Positions 19,654-29,158 are shown, numbered from the stretch's first letter. The stretch is DNA of 64,000 nucleotides from an uncultured Candidatus Saccharimonas sp. (GCA_943353165.1 CALRAM010000003.1:32026-96025), one strand, 5' to 3'. Numbers and translations are program-made. The notes: a model not told the origin generated them from the letters alone.

Positions 19654-21027
19654 CTAGTACTCGTTTGGAAAATAATCGTGCATAACTTTTCGCCAATTTG
19701 TAGAAAATTTGCTGGTTTTGCCGCCTAATACTGCCGTTGCTACCTCAATATCATCCCAGTCTTCATGCCCGTTTGGCCCACTACGGTATTTTTGGTGACC
19801 CATGCCAGCTATGACTATGGTGTCGTCTTTTTTGGCCATAGAAACAGCCTTTGCAATGGCGTCTGTTCGATCGGCTACCTCGTAAACTTGGGCCGTGTCT
19901 TTGGATTTAATTACACCCGACATTATTTGACTACGTATTTTGGTTGGATCTTCTGTGTGTGGCTCGTCATCTGTTATGACAAAAATATCGCAGAGTTGGC
20001 TGGCTATTTTACCTACTGGCGCCCGTCTGGATACTGCCCTGTCCCCTGCCGCACCGGAAACACAAATCAGTCGACCTTTTGTAATGTTCCTAGCGGTTGT
20101 CAGAATATTTTGGACGGCATCTGGCGTGTGGGCATAGTCCACAATGACCCGAAAATCTTGGCCACAATCGACCGTTTCCATACGGCCGGGTATTTTTTCT
20201 AAGTTTTCTAGTGCAGACAAAATAGTCCTCAAATCTACACCCAGCCCACTACATATCGCTGCGGCGGCAAGTGCATTATAGGCATTGAAAACTCCTTGGA
20301 CCTTGAGTTTTAACTGCTCTTTTTGCCCTTTGTATTCAAAGTTTACTAGACTACTTTTTTGGTCAGACTGGACGCTAATCAGTCTGAAATCCGTGGCTTT
20401 TTTGCCAAAATTTAGCCGTGTTCCCTGCCCTTGTTTGGCAAAATAATCAGCCCATTCATCGTCGGCGTTAGTCACCAATACACCACCCTTTGCTTGCCTA
20501 AATAGCTTTGCCTTTGCCGCAGCATAACTGTCCATATTGCCGTGATAATCCAAATGGTCGTTGGTCAGATTAGTTATGGCAGCTCCTGCAAACTTCAGTC
20601 CAAATAGACGATGCTGATACAATCCTTGGGAACCGGCTTCCATAGCCACCCACTCCACGCCATTACGGCGCATAGTTTTCAGCAATTTTTGGATAGTAAA
20701 CGGCGTGGCATTAGTCAGACCACCGTCTAAATTGTTTTCGTATTCTGTTTTGCCGTCATTTATGACAGCCGTGGTGCTCATGCCGACCGAGTATCCCGCT
20801 TTTCGCAGAATGGCGGCGATCATAATAGTTGTCGAGGTTTTACCGTTTGTGCCCGTAACTCCAACAAACTTCATTTTTCTGGCAGGAAAACCATAGACAA
20901 TAGTGGCTATTAAAGCCTCTGCCAGATGACCGACATACGTAACGTACTTTAGTAGATTTTTTGGAATGAATTTTTTAACTATGTCCCGAATTCCCATACG
21001 ACCATTATACCTAAAAACCATCAGCAC
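19654..21027 (-). CDS. murE: UDP-N-acetylmuramoyl-L-alanyl-D-glutamate--(2,6-diaminopimelate or L-lysine) ligase
   Basis: 457 aa. It has the Mur ligase P-loop VGVTGTNGKTSTT and Mur middle and C-terminal domains. The start is uncertain: GTG at 21027, or ATG at 21021 or 20997. Confidence 0.85.
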   Translation of the reverse strand: MLMVFRYNGRMGIRDIVKKFIPKNLLKYVTYVGHLAEALIATIVYGFPARKMKFVGVTGTNGKTSTTIMIAAILRKAGYSVGMSTTAVINDGKTEYENNLDGGLTNATPFTIQKLLKTMRRNGVEWVAMEAGSQGLYQHRLFGLKFAGAAITNLTNDHLDYHGNMDSYAAAKAKLFRQAKGGVLVTNADDEWADYFAKQGQGTRLNFGKKATDFRLISVQSDQKSSLVNFEYKGQKEQLKLKVQGVFNAYNALAAAAICSGLGVDLRTILSALENLEKIPGRMETVDCGQDFRVIVDYAHTPDAVQNILTTARNITKGRLICVSGAAGDRAVSRRAPVGKIASQLCDIFVITDDEPHTEDPTKIRSQIMSGVIKSKDTAQVYEVADRTDAIAKAVSMAKKDDTIVIAGMGHQKYRSGPNGHEDWDDIEVATAVLGGKTSKFSTNWRKVMHDYFPNEY

Positions 21028-21038
21028 AGCAGTGCCTT

Positions 21039-21998
21039 TTATTGTAACTCTACAATATCCATACCCATTTTGACTGCTTCGGCTTGTACGGTTTTGATTA
21101 TTTCGTCACATTTCTCCCTAGAAATACCGAGTCGTTCACCGTTCCTGTGTACTCTACCCCGGCCATCCGCCTCTGCGTTAGCTCCTTCTGAAAATTCTGT
21201 AATCGGCAGTACTACCGCTCGAAGATTGGCAGTAAAGGTATCTATAAATATTGAAGTCCTGTGAATAGCTCCATCATCTCCTTTCAGGCCATTTATGGCG
21301 GCGGTCTGAAGCGCTTCAACCAATATTGCGCCTCCTAACATAACTGCCCCCAAATGATCGTCTCCGATATCGTGTTCATAATATATTTCATTGCTGGAGG
21401 ACACAGGATATTTGCCCTCGGCATATGCTTGTAAATATTCGCTGCCTGGTATGCACTGATAATCTGGGAATAATTTTATGTCTATTCCCCTTTCTTTTAG
21501 TGCTACAACCACTGTTTCTGGGGTTGGAACACCAGAGATTTGGCTGCCGCGCGGCGACTCTGTAACTTCGTAACCCAGTGCCCGCATTAGCGTTTCCGTG
21601 CCAGCAAGCATAGAATACGATTCAAAAAATGAGTCATTATCTATTACTTTACCGTGCCTAGACGCACGGATGGTGACATCTCTGCTATGACTGACGCTGT
21701 GCGGATGGTTCCATTGATCGTCCACAGCTTCTTCCAAACCGGTTCCTCTGACAAAATATTCACCTGGTTCGAGCTGGTCTAGCGCTGTTGGCAATAATTC
21801 TAAATTTTCAATCCTAAATGATTTGATACCCCCTCGGATATAATGTCCGCCCTCAAATATATCCGCATTTTCAGGCAAATTGGTCTGATACTCTGTCTCG
21901 TCAAAAATGATCAAACGTTCGGGCGCTACAGGCTCCAAGCTAGCATGCTGGGCAGGCTCTTTTGTATGATTATTTTGTTCTAGTAGTTCTGGATGCAT
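21039..21998 (-). CDS. conserved hypothetical protein, paralogue family member 2
   Basis: 319 aa. It shares EYQTNLP, LEPGEYFVRG, GVPTPET, EGKYPVSS, YYEHDIGDDHLGAVMLGG and IDTFTANLRAVV with the neighbouring gene and with 8135-9055. Confidence 0.75.
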   Translation of the reverse strand: MHPELLEQNNHTKEPAQHASLEPVAPERLIIFDETEYQTNLPENADIFEGGHYIRGGIKSFRIENLELLPTALDQLEPGEYFVRGTGLEEAVDDQWNHPHSVSHSRDVTIRASRHGKVIDNDSFFESYSMLAGTETLMRALGYEVTESPRGSQISGVPTPETVVVALKERGIDIKLFPDYQCIPGSEYLQAYAEGKYPVSSSNEIYYEHDIGDDHLGAVMLGGAILVEALQTAAINGLKGDDGAIHRTSIFIDTFTANLRAVVLPITEFSEGANAEADGRGRVHRNGERLGISREKCDEIIKTVQAEAVKMGMDIVELQ

Positions 21999-22109
21999 GT
22001 TTTCTGCTAATTCCTTATTTAGTACTCAGTATTATGCCTTCAGTATATCAAGCGTTTTTGTAGTAACTAACTTATTGCAGCTATAGCCCGTCATTACGAA
22101 TGCAGTGTG

Positions 22110-23084
22110 TTACTGCAATTCCATGACTTCTAGGCCCATGGTTCGTCCGATTTCTTGGGCGTGTTCCAATATTTCCTGGGTTTTTTCGGCAGTCAAGCCT
22201 AGCGCCTCACCGCGTTTAATCAAGGTGCTTCTTCCTCTCTCCAATATAAATGGCACGTCAGTCGTGCCACGTGAAACAACGGCACGCAAAATAGCTGTAA
22301 AAGTATCTATCATTGAAGCAGTATCACCTGTGGAACGATTTCTTCGAAGTGGTCTACGAGCATCTGCGATCGCGCGAGAAGCAACTTCTGCTAGTGCCTG
22401 TTTTAGTGGCTCGCCCCCTAGCACCATTGCAGTTATGTGATCATCTTGTATATCATGCATGTATTGCAATTCTTCTTTGGTTGATACTGGGTACTTGCCG
22501 TCGGCAAAAGCCCGTAGATAATCTATATCACTAATGACTCCGACCTTTGGGAAAAATTGGATTTCAACTCCCATCAAACCTGCAGCCGCTTTTAGAGTTT
22601 CTGGAGTTGGCACACCTGTTATGTTTGGGACCCTACTGATCCATACCGACCCTATATCATATCCAAGTGCCTGCATGAGCCCCAGCGCATCTTCTGAAAC
22701 AGAAATTTGTCCACCGTATGAAAATGATTCATTTAAAATAGTCTTGCCAGATTCATTTTCTCTTACTTCTATACGGCGAATTCCTTCGCTAATTTCCCCG
22801 AAAGTACCTCTTTCAGCGCCGCCGTGCACTACATATTTACCAGGACTGAGTGCGTCAAAATCTTTTGGTATCAAACGAGCGGAACTAATAAGCCCACCTT
22901 CAGGCTCTATGAGTTGTACTCCCTTTGGCAGATTGGTCCGATATTCTCTGCCATCTATAACAATTGGACGCTCGGGCGCTACTTCTGTATCTAGTTGAAC
23001 AGACTCTGGTATTACTGGCTGGGACAGCTCGTGGGGAATCTCTTGGGGATTCTCGTTTTGTTCTATAATTTTGGTGTCAGACAT
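22110..23084 (-). CDS. conserved hypothetical protein, paralogue family member 3
   Basis: 324 aa. It carries EYRTNLP, LSPGKYVVHG, GVPTPET, DGKYPVST, YMHDIQDDHITAMVLGG and IDTFTAILRAVV. Confidence 0.75.
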   Translation of the reverse strand: MSDTKIIEQNENPQEIPHELSQPVIPESVQLDTEVAPERPIVIDGREYRTNLPKGVQLIEPEGGLISSARLIPKDFDALSPGKYVVHGGAERGTFGEISEGIRRIEVRENESGKTILNESFSYGGQISVSEDALGLMQALGYDIGSVWISRVPNITGVPTPETLKAAAGLMGVEIQFFPKVGVISDIDYLRAFADGKYPVSTKEELQYMHDIQDDHITAMVLGGEPLKQALAEVASRAIADARRPLRRNRSTGDTASMIDTFTAILRAVVSRGTTDVPFILERGRSTLIKRGEALGLTAEKTQEILEHAQEIGRTMGLEVMELQ

Positions 23085-23192
23085 TTTTTTATTTTTTTTG
23101 TTTTAATCTACTTTATAACCAGATTATAGCATAAACACTCGTACTATTCAAGAACTTTATACTAAATAATTAATGATTGCTATGATAGTAAG

Positions 23193-24338
23193 ATGAAAAT
23201 ACTTGGCATAGAAACCAGTTGCGACGAAACAGCGGCAGCCGTAGTGCTAGATGGACACACTTTGCTATCAAATGTTGTAGCGTCGTCTATGGACCTGCAC
23301 GCCAAATACGGAGGCGTAGTGCCAGAGATAGCCGCACGCAGTCACATAGAGTCCATCACCCCTGTTATTGAACAGGCTCTTACAGAAGCGTTTCAAACAG
23401 AAGATACTAGTTTGAAGATAGAAGATGGCAAAAACAAAAAACCAAATTCCACCTTCCACCTTCCACCTTCCAAATTTGATCCTTGGGATCAAATAGACGG
23501 GATTGCGGTTACATGCGGCGCTGGTTTGGGCGGCAGCCTATTGGTTGGCGTTTTAACTGCCCGAACCCTAGCTATAATTCACAAAAAACCACTCTATGCG
23601 GTCAATCATGTCGAAGGACATTTGTACGCCAGCTTTTTGACAAACACTTCCCTGCCCGACTACACACTGCCTGTTAATGCCCCCCAGTTTCCGGTTCTAG
23701 GATTGATAGTCAGTGGTGGTCATAGCCAGTTGGTGTATTTCCGCGACCACTTTGATTACGACTTATTGGGTCAAACAAAGGACGATGCCATCGGTGAGGC
23801 CTTTGATAAAGTAGCCAAAATCCTGGGGATTCCCTACCCTGGCGGCCCCAGTGTCAGCAAAATGGCTTTGGATGGTGACCCCCGTAAATACACTCTACCA
23901 AAGGCCAAAATGCCTGGCAAATATGACTTTAGTTTTTCTGGACTTAAAACTGCTGTTTTGAGGCTTGCACAAAAAGAATGTGGCAAACTGCACGACTTTC
24001 CCTCTACAAAGCTGTCAGCACTGCTTTCTGATGCTCAGAAAGCCGATATTTCGGCTAGCTTTCAACGCGTAGCCATAGAAACTGTCGTAGACAAAACTGT
24101 TTTGGCCTTTGAGCAGTTCCAGCCAAAAACGGTCATTATAGGCGGTGGAGTGGCCAGCAATACCGAACTTCGTGCCCAATTAACAGCCAGATTACCTCTG
24201 CAAATTCTTTATACAGACCCAAAACTATGCACTGATAACGGTGCTATGATAGCCGCCCTGGGTTGTTTTAAAATGAAATTAGACCAACAGGTCGCCGACC
24301 CCTATAACCTAGTCATATCGCCAAATCTGTCTATGTGA
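23193..24338 (+). CDS. tsaD: tRNA N6-adenosine threonylcarbamoyltransferase
   Basis: 381 aa. It has ILGIETSCDETAAAVV, VNHVEGHLYA and the Kae1/TsaD fold pattern, plus a roughly 35-aa insertion after the first beta-hairpin region. Confidence 0.9.
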   Translation: MKILGIETSCDETAAAVVLDGHTLLSNVVASSMDLHAKYGGVVPEIAARSHIESITPVIEQALTEAFQTEDTSLKIEDGKNKKPNSTFHLPPSKFDPWDQIDGIAVTCGAGLGGSLLVGVLTARTLAIIHKKPLYAVNHVEGHLYASFLTNTSLPDYTLPVNAPQFPVLGLIVSGGHSQLVYFRDHFDYDLLGQTKDDAIGEAFDKVAKILGIPYPGGPSVSKMALDGDPRKYTLPKAKMPGKYDFSFSGLKTAVLRLAQKECGKLHDFPSTKLSALLSDAQKADISASFQRVAIETVVDKTVLAFEQFQPKTVIIGGGVASNTELRAQLTARLPLQILYTDPKLCTDNGAMIAALGCFKMKLDQQVADPYNLVISPNLSM

Positions 24339-24937
24339 GGTGGTCTCCAGCTGTCTGGCTTTATGTCCTCAACTGCTCCATTGTGCCATCGTTCGTATTC
24401 TGTTTTGGAAAGGCACACCATTGCCCATTTTGACAAATCACTCAGCATAAACGCACTGGCTTGATAGCCTTCGCCGACCAAAGGATTATCGTCAGCTAAA
24501 AGGTACCCTGCCTTGTTGTCGTATACATAACTATCAATTTGCCCAACACTTGTCAGAAAAGGTCGTTTTAACGCAGCTTCTAATTTTAAATATGCGGCCA
24601 AACTATACAGCAATCGTCTCTGTGCATTTAGTTTATTAGATTTTTCTGCGTATTCTTCTCTGTTAGTAGAAGAGGTTAATTTCTGTACGCTATCAAAAGG
24701 CACCGCAACGCCCTTGTTTTCTAGTTCTGCGTTATCTGCAAACGGTATATACCCTGGTGCGTCAAAATCTACAGTTTTTATTTTGGGACCTAGGCGACTA
24801 AATGCTTCCCTTTTTTGCTCTGGGCTGTAGTCTGACAAATATCTCTGTTCTGTATCTGTTGGAAAAAGATTTTCGCGTGGTTCCAGTTCATAACTTTGGT
24901 CGTTGTGGGATGTGCTCATATCGTCATAGTATATCAA
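24302..24937 (-). CDS. hypothetical protein
   Basis: 211 aa with non-repetitive, protein-like composition. It converges on tsaD with a 37-nt 3' overlap. I recognise no family. Confidence 0.5.
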   Translation of the reverse strand: MIYYDDMSTSHNDQSYELEPRENLFPTDTEQRYLSDYSPEQKREAFSRLGPKIKTVDFDAPGYIPFADNAELENKGVAVPFDSVQKLTSSTNREEYAEKSNKLNAQRRLLYSLAAYLKLEAALKRPFLTSVGQIDSYVYDNKAGYLLADDNPLVGEGYQASAFMLSDLSKWAMVCLSKTEYERWHNGAVEDIKPDSWRPPHIDRFGDMTRL

Positions 24938-25079
24938 ATACTGCGTATTTTGTCAATGTTGCGCTTCTGCTTAATTATTGTTATGCTAATACTGAAAACA
25001 AAAAGTTTGTGGGTACTGCTTGCAACACCATGCAGGTTGATCATTTAATACAAAAGATTGGTAAAAGAGGGAAGTACAG

Positions 25080-25121
25080 AAGGTTTTCATATGAAACCCT
25101 TGTGTTTTTTTGCTTTTTTTT
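25080..25121 (+). terminator. intrinsic terminator inside the valS leader (attenuator candidate)
   Basis: A hairpin AAGGTTTTCAtaTGAAACCCTT (one mismatch) is followed by gtgTTTTTTTgcTTTTTTTT. It lies 60 nt upstream of the valS ATG, and no plus-strand gene ends nearby. Confidence 0.6.
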
Positions 25122-25182
25122 ATTAGACATAGTAACAGGGGTGCTGGCTATTTATTATCAGGGCTGGTATGATTTATTTTGG

Positions 25183-27753
25183 ATGAAGTTACCAAAAACA
25201 TACGAACCAACCAAATACGAAAACGATATATACGCTTTGTGGGAGCGTACGAACTCATTAAAGCCAAAAAACAGGGGCGGGGAGGGCAGTTATAGCATCG
25301 TCATACCTCCGCCAAATGCCAATGCCGGACTACATATGGGCCAAGAGCTAACAGTTGCACTGGAGGACATAGCAATCCGTTACCACCGCATGAAAGGGCA
25401 GGCGACATTGCTGGTTCCAGGTGCTGACCATGCTGGCTTTGAAACATGGGTGGTATACGAAAAAATGTTGAACAAACAGGGCAAAACCCGTTTTGATTTC
25501 AGCAGAGAAGAATTGTATAGCCAGGTCTGGGATTTTGTACAAAAAAATAAAACAAACTTCGAGATTCAACTGAGAGCTATGGGTGTCAGCTGTGATTGGA
25601 GTCGGTTTACTTTTACGCTGGACGACAAAGTCGTCAAAACAGCTTATTCTAGCTTTAAAAAGATGTGGGACGACAAACTAATTTACAGAGGCGAAAGACT
25701 AGTAAACTTTTGTACTTTTCATGGAACCTCTTTTTCTGATATAGAGGTCATACACAAGGAAATATCTGGACATTTATGGCACATAAAATACCCGCTCACT
25801 GATGGCAGCGGCAGTATAGTTGTGGCCACAACTCGCCCCGAAACAATCTTGGGCGACACGGCTGTGGCAGTCAATCCAGCCGACAAAAGATACAAAAACT
25901 TTGTGGGCAAAACCATCAAACTACCCCTGACAAACCGCGAAATACCCATCATAGCCGACGATTTTGTGGACCAAAAATTTGGCACCGGAGCCGTAAAAGT
26001 TACTCCTGCTCATGACCCTAACGATTTTGATATTGCAGCCAGACACGATTTGCCCATGATTACAGTTATCAGCCACGAAGGCAATATAACTAGTCAAGCA
26101 CCAGAAGCGTATCGTGGTCTGAGCGTTGCTAAAGCACGAAAAGCGGTTCTAAAAGATTTGGAATCGCTAAACTTGCTAGAAAAAACTACCCAGCACAAAC
26201 ACAGCGTGGGGCACTGCTACAAATGCGACACAATCATACAACCCCTGTTGCGTGACCAATGGTTTGTAAATATGAAGCCCCTGGCGGAAGTCGCTATCAA
26301 GGCCTTGAACGATAAAAAGATAGCGTTTTTACCCAGCGTCAAAAGACAACAATGCATAGAATACTTGCGAAACATACGCGACTGGAACATCAGTCGCCAA
26401 ATTGCCTGGGGTATCCCAATCCCTGCTTTCCAGAACATAGACCAACCCGATGACTGGATTTATGACGAAAGAGTGGGCGAAGAAACAATAGAATTGAGCG
26501 GCAAAACATATCGCCGTGATCCAGATGTTTTTGATACATGGTTTTCTAGCGGACAGTGGCCATTTGTAACTATGGGCTACCCAGATAGCCTAGATTTTGA
26601 CGAATTTTATCCTCTAAGTTTGATGGAAACTGGCGGTGAAATCCTGTACCAATGGGTTTGCCGTATGATTATGTTGGGGTTGTACATAACAGGCGAAGTA
26701 CCCTTTGATAAAGTCTATATTCACGGCTATGTTATGGCGTCAGATGGCTCAAAAATGAGCAAATCTGTCGGGAATGTAGTGGACCCCATGCCCGTAATTC
26801 AACAGTATGGCTCCGATGCCTTGCGAATGGGGATTATTGCTGGGCGGTCACCAGCCGTAAATAGAGGCTATGACGTCCGCAAGATAGAGGACGCCCGCAA
26901 CTTTTGCAATAAGCTGTGGAATGTAGCTCGGTTCATCGAGGACAAAGCAGGAACAAAAGCTATGTTTGGCCAAAAACCAGTACCCAAAAATTCGGCAGAC
27001 AGGTGGCTGTTGAGTAGATTACAACAGTCTAACAGACAGATTAGTAAGTTTTTGGACGATTACAGATTCGCTGAGGCTTATGAACTGCTATACCATTTGC
27101 TATGGGATGATTTTGCCGATTGGTACATAGAAGCTTCGAAAATACAGGCCAATGATTCTGTGTTGGCTTATGGCTTGGAAACAATCCTCAAACTAGCCCA
27201 TCCTTTTGCGCCATTTGTCACCGAAGCAATTTGGCAAACTATGAACGGGGCAGGGGATAAAGAACCGCTGATCGTCAGTAATTGGCCCGCAGAAACCGCC
27301 GCCAAATATGCAGAGGCCAGAGAATTTGAAGAAATAAAAACTATCGTAGAAGAAATCCGATTTATTTGCGCAAACCTAAAACTAAAAAACGTCAGCCTGT
27401 TTCATTCTGGCGATGAATTTATAGCCCGAAATGCCGATTTGATAAAAAACTTGGCCAAACTAGACAAAATCCAAATCAGCCAAAAAGAGGACGGGCTACG
27501 TTTGACGAGTTCTTCGCGTGTTTGTTGGCTAGATGTTGACCAACAAAAAGCCCAGGAATTTGTTCGTCAGCTAGAAACAAAACAAATCCAACAGGGAATA
27601 GTTGTCAAAATGCTAAAAGACCGCCTAAAAAACAAAGCCTATGTCCAAAACGCACCGGCCAAAGTCATAGACCAGACAAAGCGTCAGCTAGCTGACGCGC
27701 AGGCTCTGTACCAAAAAATAGCTAACGAACACAAACGATTTCGTAGCAAATAG
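25183..27753 (+). CDS. valS: valine--tRNA ligase
   Basis: 856 aa counted from the ATG at 25183 (MKLPKTYEPTKYENDIYALWE). It has PPPNANAGLHMGQ, KMSKS and a C-terminal coiled coil. The ORF-track start at 24802 adds an implausible 127-aa extension that overlaps the minus-strand gene. Confidence 0.93.
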   Translation: MKLPKTYEPTKYENDIYALWERTNSLKPKNRGGEGSYSIVIPPPNANAGLHMGQELTVALEDIAIRYHRMKGQATLLVPGADHAGFETWVVYEKMLNKQGKTRFDFSREELYSQVWDFVQKNKTNFEIQLRAMGVSCDWSRFTFTLDDKVVKTAYSSFKKMWDDKLIYRGERLVNFCTFHGTSFSDIEVIHKEISGHLWHIKYPLTDGSGSIVVATTRPETILGDTAVAVNPADKRYKNFVGKTIKLPLTNREIPIIADDFVDQKFGTGAVKVTPAHDPNDFDIAARHDLPMITVISHEGNITSQAPEAYRGLSVAKARKAVLKDLESLNLLEKTTQHKHSVGHCYKCDTIIQPLLRDQWFVNMKPLAEVAIKALNDKKIAFLPSVKRQQCIEYLRNIRDWNISRQIAWGIPIPAFQNIDQPDDWIYDERVGEETIELSGKTYRRDPDVFDTWFSSGQWPFVTMGYPDSLDFDEFYPLSLMETGGEILYQWVCRMIMLGLYITGEVPFDKVYIHGYVMASDGSKMSKSVGNVVDPMPVIQQYGSDALRMGIIAGRSPAVNRGYDVRKIEDARNFCNKLWNVARFIEDKAGTKAMFGQKPVPKNSADRWLLSRLQQSNRQISKFLDDYRFAEAYELLYHLLWDDFADWYIEASKIQANDSVLAYGLETILKLAHPFAPFVTEAIWQTMNGAGDKEPLIVSNWPAETAAKYAEAREFEEIKTIVEEIRFICANLKLKNVSLFHSGDEFIARNADLIKNLAKLDKIQISQKEDGLRLTSSSRVCWLDVDQQKAQEFVRQLETKQIQQGIVVKMLKDRLKNKAYVQNAPAKVIDQTKRQLADAQALYQKIANEHKRFRSK

Positions 27754-27760
27754 CCGAACT

Positions 27761-28624
27761 TTAGACGTTTTCTGGTTCTAATGTTGAGCGTATCTGGACT
27801 ACGCTTTCGGCTGGCCTGTAATCGTTGAACCACAGAACATGCCAGCCCATTTTTTCGGCTGCCATCAGGTTGGCGCGAGAGTCGTCAACCAGCAAAATTT
27901 CCTCTGGGGAAACGCCTGTTCGCTGGGTTGCAATCTGAAAAATCTCGCGCTCGGGCTTTATGGTGCCGACCTGCGACGAATCAATGATGGCAGAGTAGGG
28001 GATATTTGGCAGTATTTCCCGTGCCATCATAGCATCGATAAATCCGGGCATTATGTTGCTAAGTAGTCCCACGTGGTAGTTTTCTGAGGCCCATTTCAAC
28101 AGTTCTGACATTTCTTTTATGGGTTCAGCTGCTTCCAGATAGTAGTGCTGCCAATCTATGGCCTTGGATCCAATTCGCTGGGCAAATAGTTTGTCGAATT
28201 CTTCTACCGACAATTCCCCGCGACAGACGGCATCATTGTAGTGCCAAAAAGTAGACTCGATGATATCTGCCGAAGCACCTGTTTCGTGAGCCAGTTTGGT
28301 AAATGCTCCATGAAAAAAACGTACCAAGCAACCATTTATATCAAAAAACACGAACCGAACACCACTTTTGGAACGTTTCTTGGATGTTTTTGGAGCATTT
28401 GGCCCAATATCCCCCATCAGCTCGGCTAAAGTAGCACCCAGGGCGCCAGCGATGCTCTGAATAGTAAAAATAGACGGCGCCTTTATGGCTCCGCGCTCTA
28501 TTTTTGCCAGCGTAGAGTAGCTCAGCCCGGCTTTGTGGCACAGCTCTTGTTGTGTCAGCCCCGCCTTTTTGCGCGCATTTTGTAATTGCTGTCCTAGGAC
28601 AATCTCTGAACCCACCTGCTTCAT
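27761..28624 (-). CDS. XRE-family HTH domain fused to HAD-superfamily hydrolase
   Basis: 287 aa. The N-terminus LGQQLQNARKKAGLTQQELCHKAGLSYSTLAKIERG is a Cro/C1-type HTH. The C-terminus has HAD motifs (VFFDINGCL, LLSN, LLVDDSRANL). Confidence 0.75.
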   Translation of the reverse strand: MKQVGSEIVLGQQLQNARKKAGLTQQELCHKAGLSYSTLAKIERGAIKAPSIFTIQSIAGALGATLAELMGDIGPNAPKTSKKRSKSGVRFVFFDINGCLVRFFHGAFTKLAHETGASADIIESTFWHYNDAVCRGELSVEEFDKLFAQRIGSKAIDWQHYYLEAAEPIKEMSELLKWASENYHVGLLSNIMPGFIDAMMAREILPNIPYSAIIDSSQVGTIKPEREIFQIATQRTGVSPEEILLVDDSRANLMAAEKMGWHVLWFNDYRPAESVVQIRSTLEPENV

Positions 28625-28690
28625 ATGGGACTATAATACTGTTTTTTGGGCTGTCTGACTAGTACGAAACGGCTATATTAGCTGTCCAGC

Positions 28691-29104
28691 CTAGAGCATA
28701 CTGAGTTTTTGGGCCATTTGGGCAAGGGCAGAATGATCAGGCTGCGCGGACATGTCCTCGTTTTGGTTGTACTGTGCCAGCGTATCAAAGGCAATCAGAT
28801 GAAAATGCACATGATCAACATCCAAACCTACCACCTTTATGCCAATCTTTTTTGTCTGCAGAATATTTTTCATGTGTTTGCCCACTTTTTGGACGGTGTC
28901 CATCAGAGCATGGGCGTCGTCGCTGGGCAAATCATAAAATGCCTCTACCTGAACTTTCGGCACCACCAAAACATGCCCCAAGGCGATAGGATGAAGTGGC
29001 ATAAAAGCTATGGTCTTATCGTCCTCGTATATCTTGTGACAAGGAACTTCGCCCCTGATAATCTGTGTAAAAATAGATGGTTTCATAAATACAGTATATA
29101 ACAT
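28691..29104 (-). CDS. HIT (histidine triad) family protein
   Basis: 137 aa with the histidine triad HVHFHLI. Confidence 0.88.
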   Translation of the reverse strand: MLYTVFMKPSIFTQIIRGEVPCHKIYEDDKTIAFMPLHPIALGHVLVVPKVQVEAFYDLPSDDAHALMDTVQKVGKHMKNILQTKKIGIKVVGLDVDHVHFHLIAFDTLAQYNQNEDMSAQPDHSALAQMAQKLSML

Positions 29105-29158
29105 CTATGAAATCCAGGTTTCCTATGTTACGATATGCATAACCAATAAAACAAAAAA

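Noticed and set aside
24802-25182. The ORF track gives valS a 127-aa N-terminal extension.
   Set aside because: The extension has no ValRS homology, overlaps the convergent 211-aa gene and reads through a terminator hairpin. The conserved N-terminus (MKLPKTYEPTKYE) begins at the ATG at 25183.
24938-25182. I considered calling this leader a definite T-box riboswitch.
   Set aside because: The terminator is clear. I could not find the canonical T-box 14-mer, the stem I K-turn or the AG-bulge motifs by eye. I kept it only as a candidate finding.
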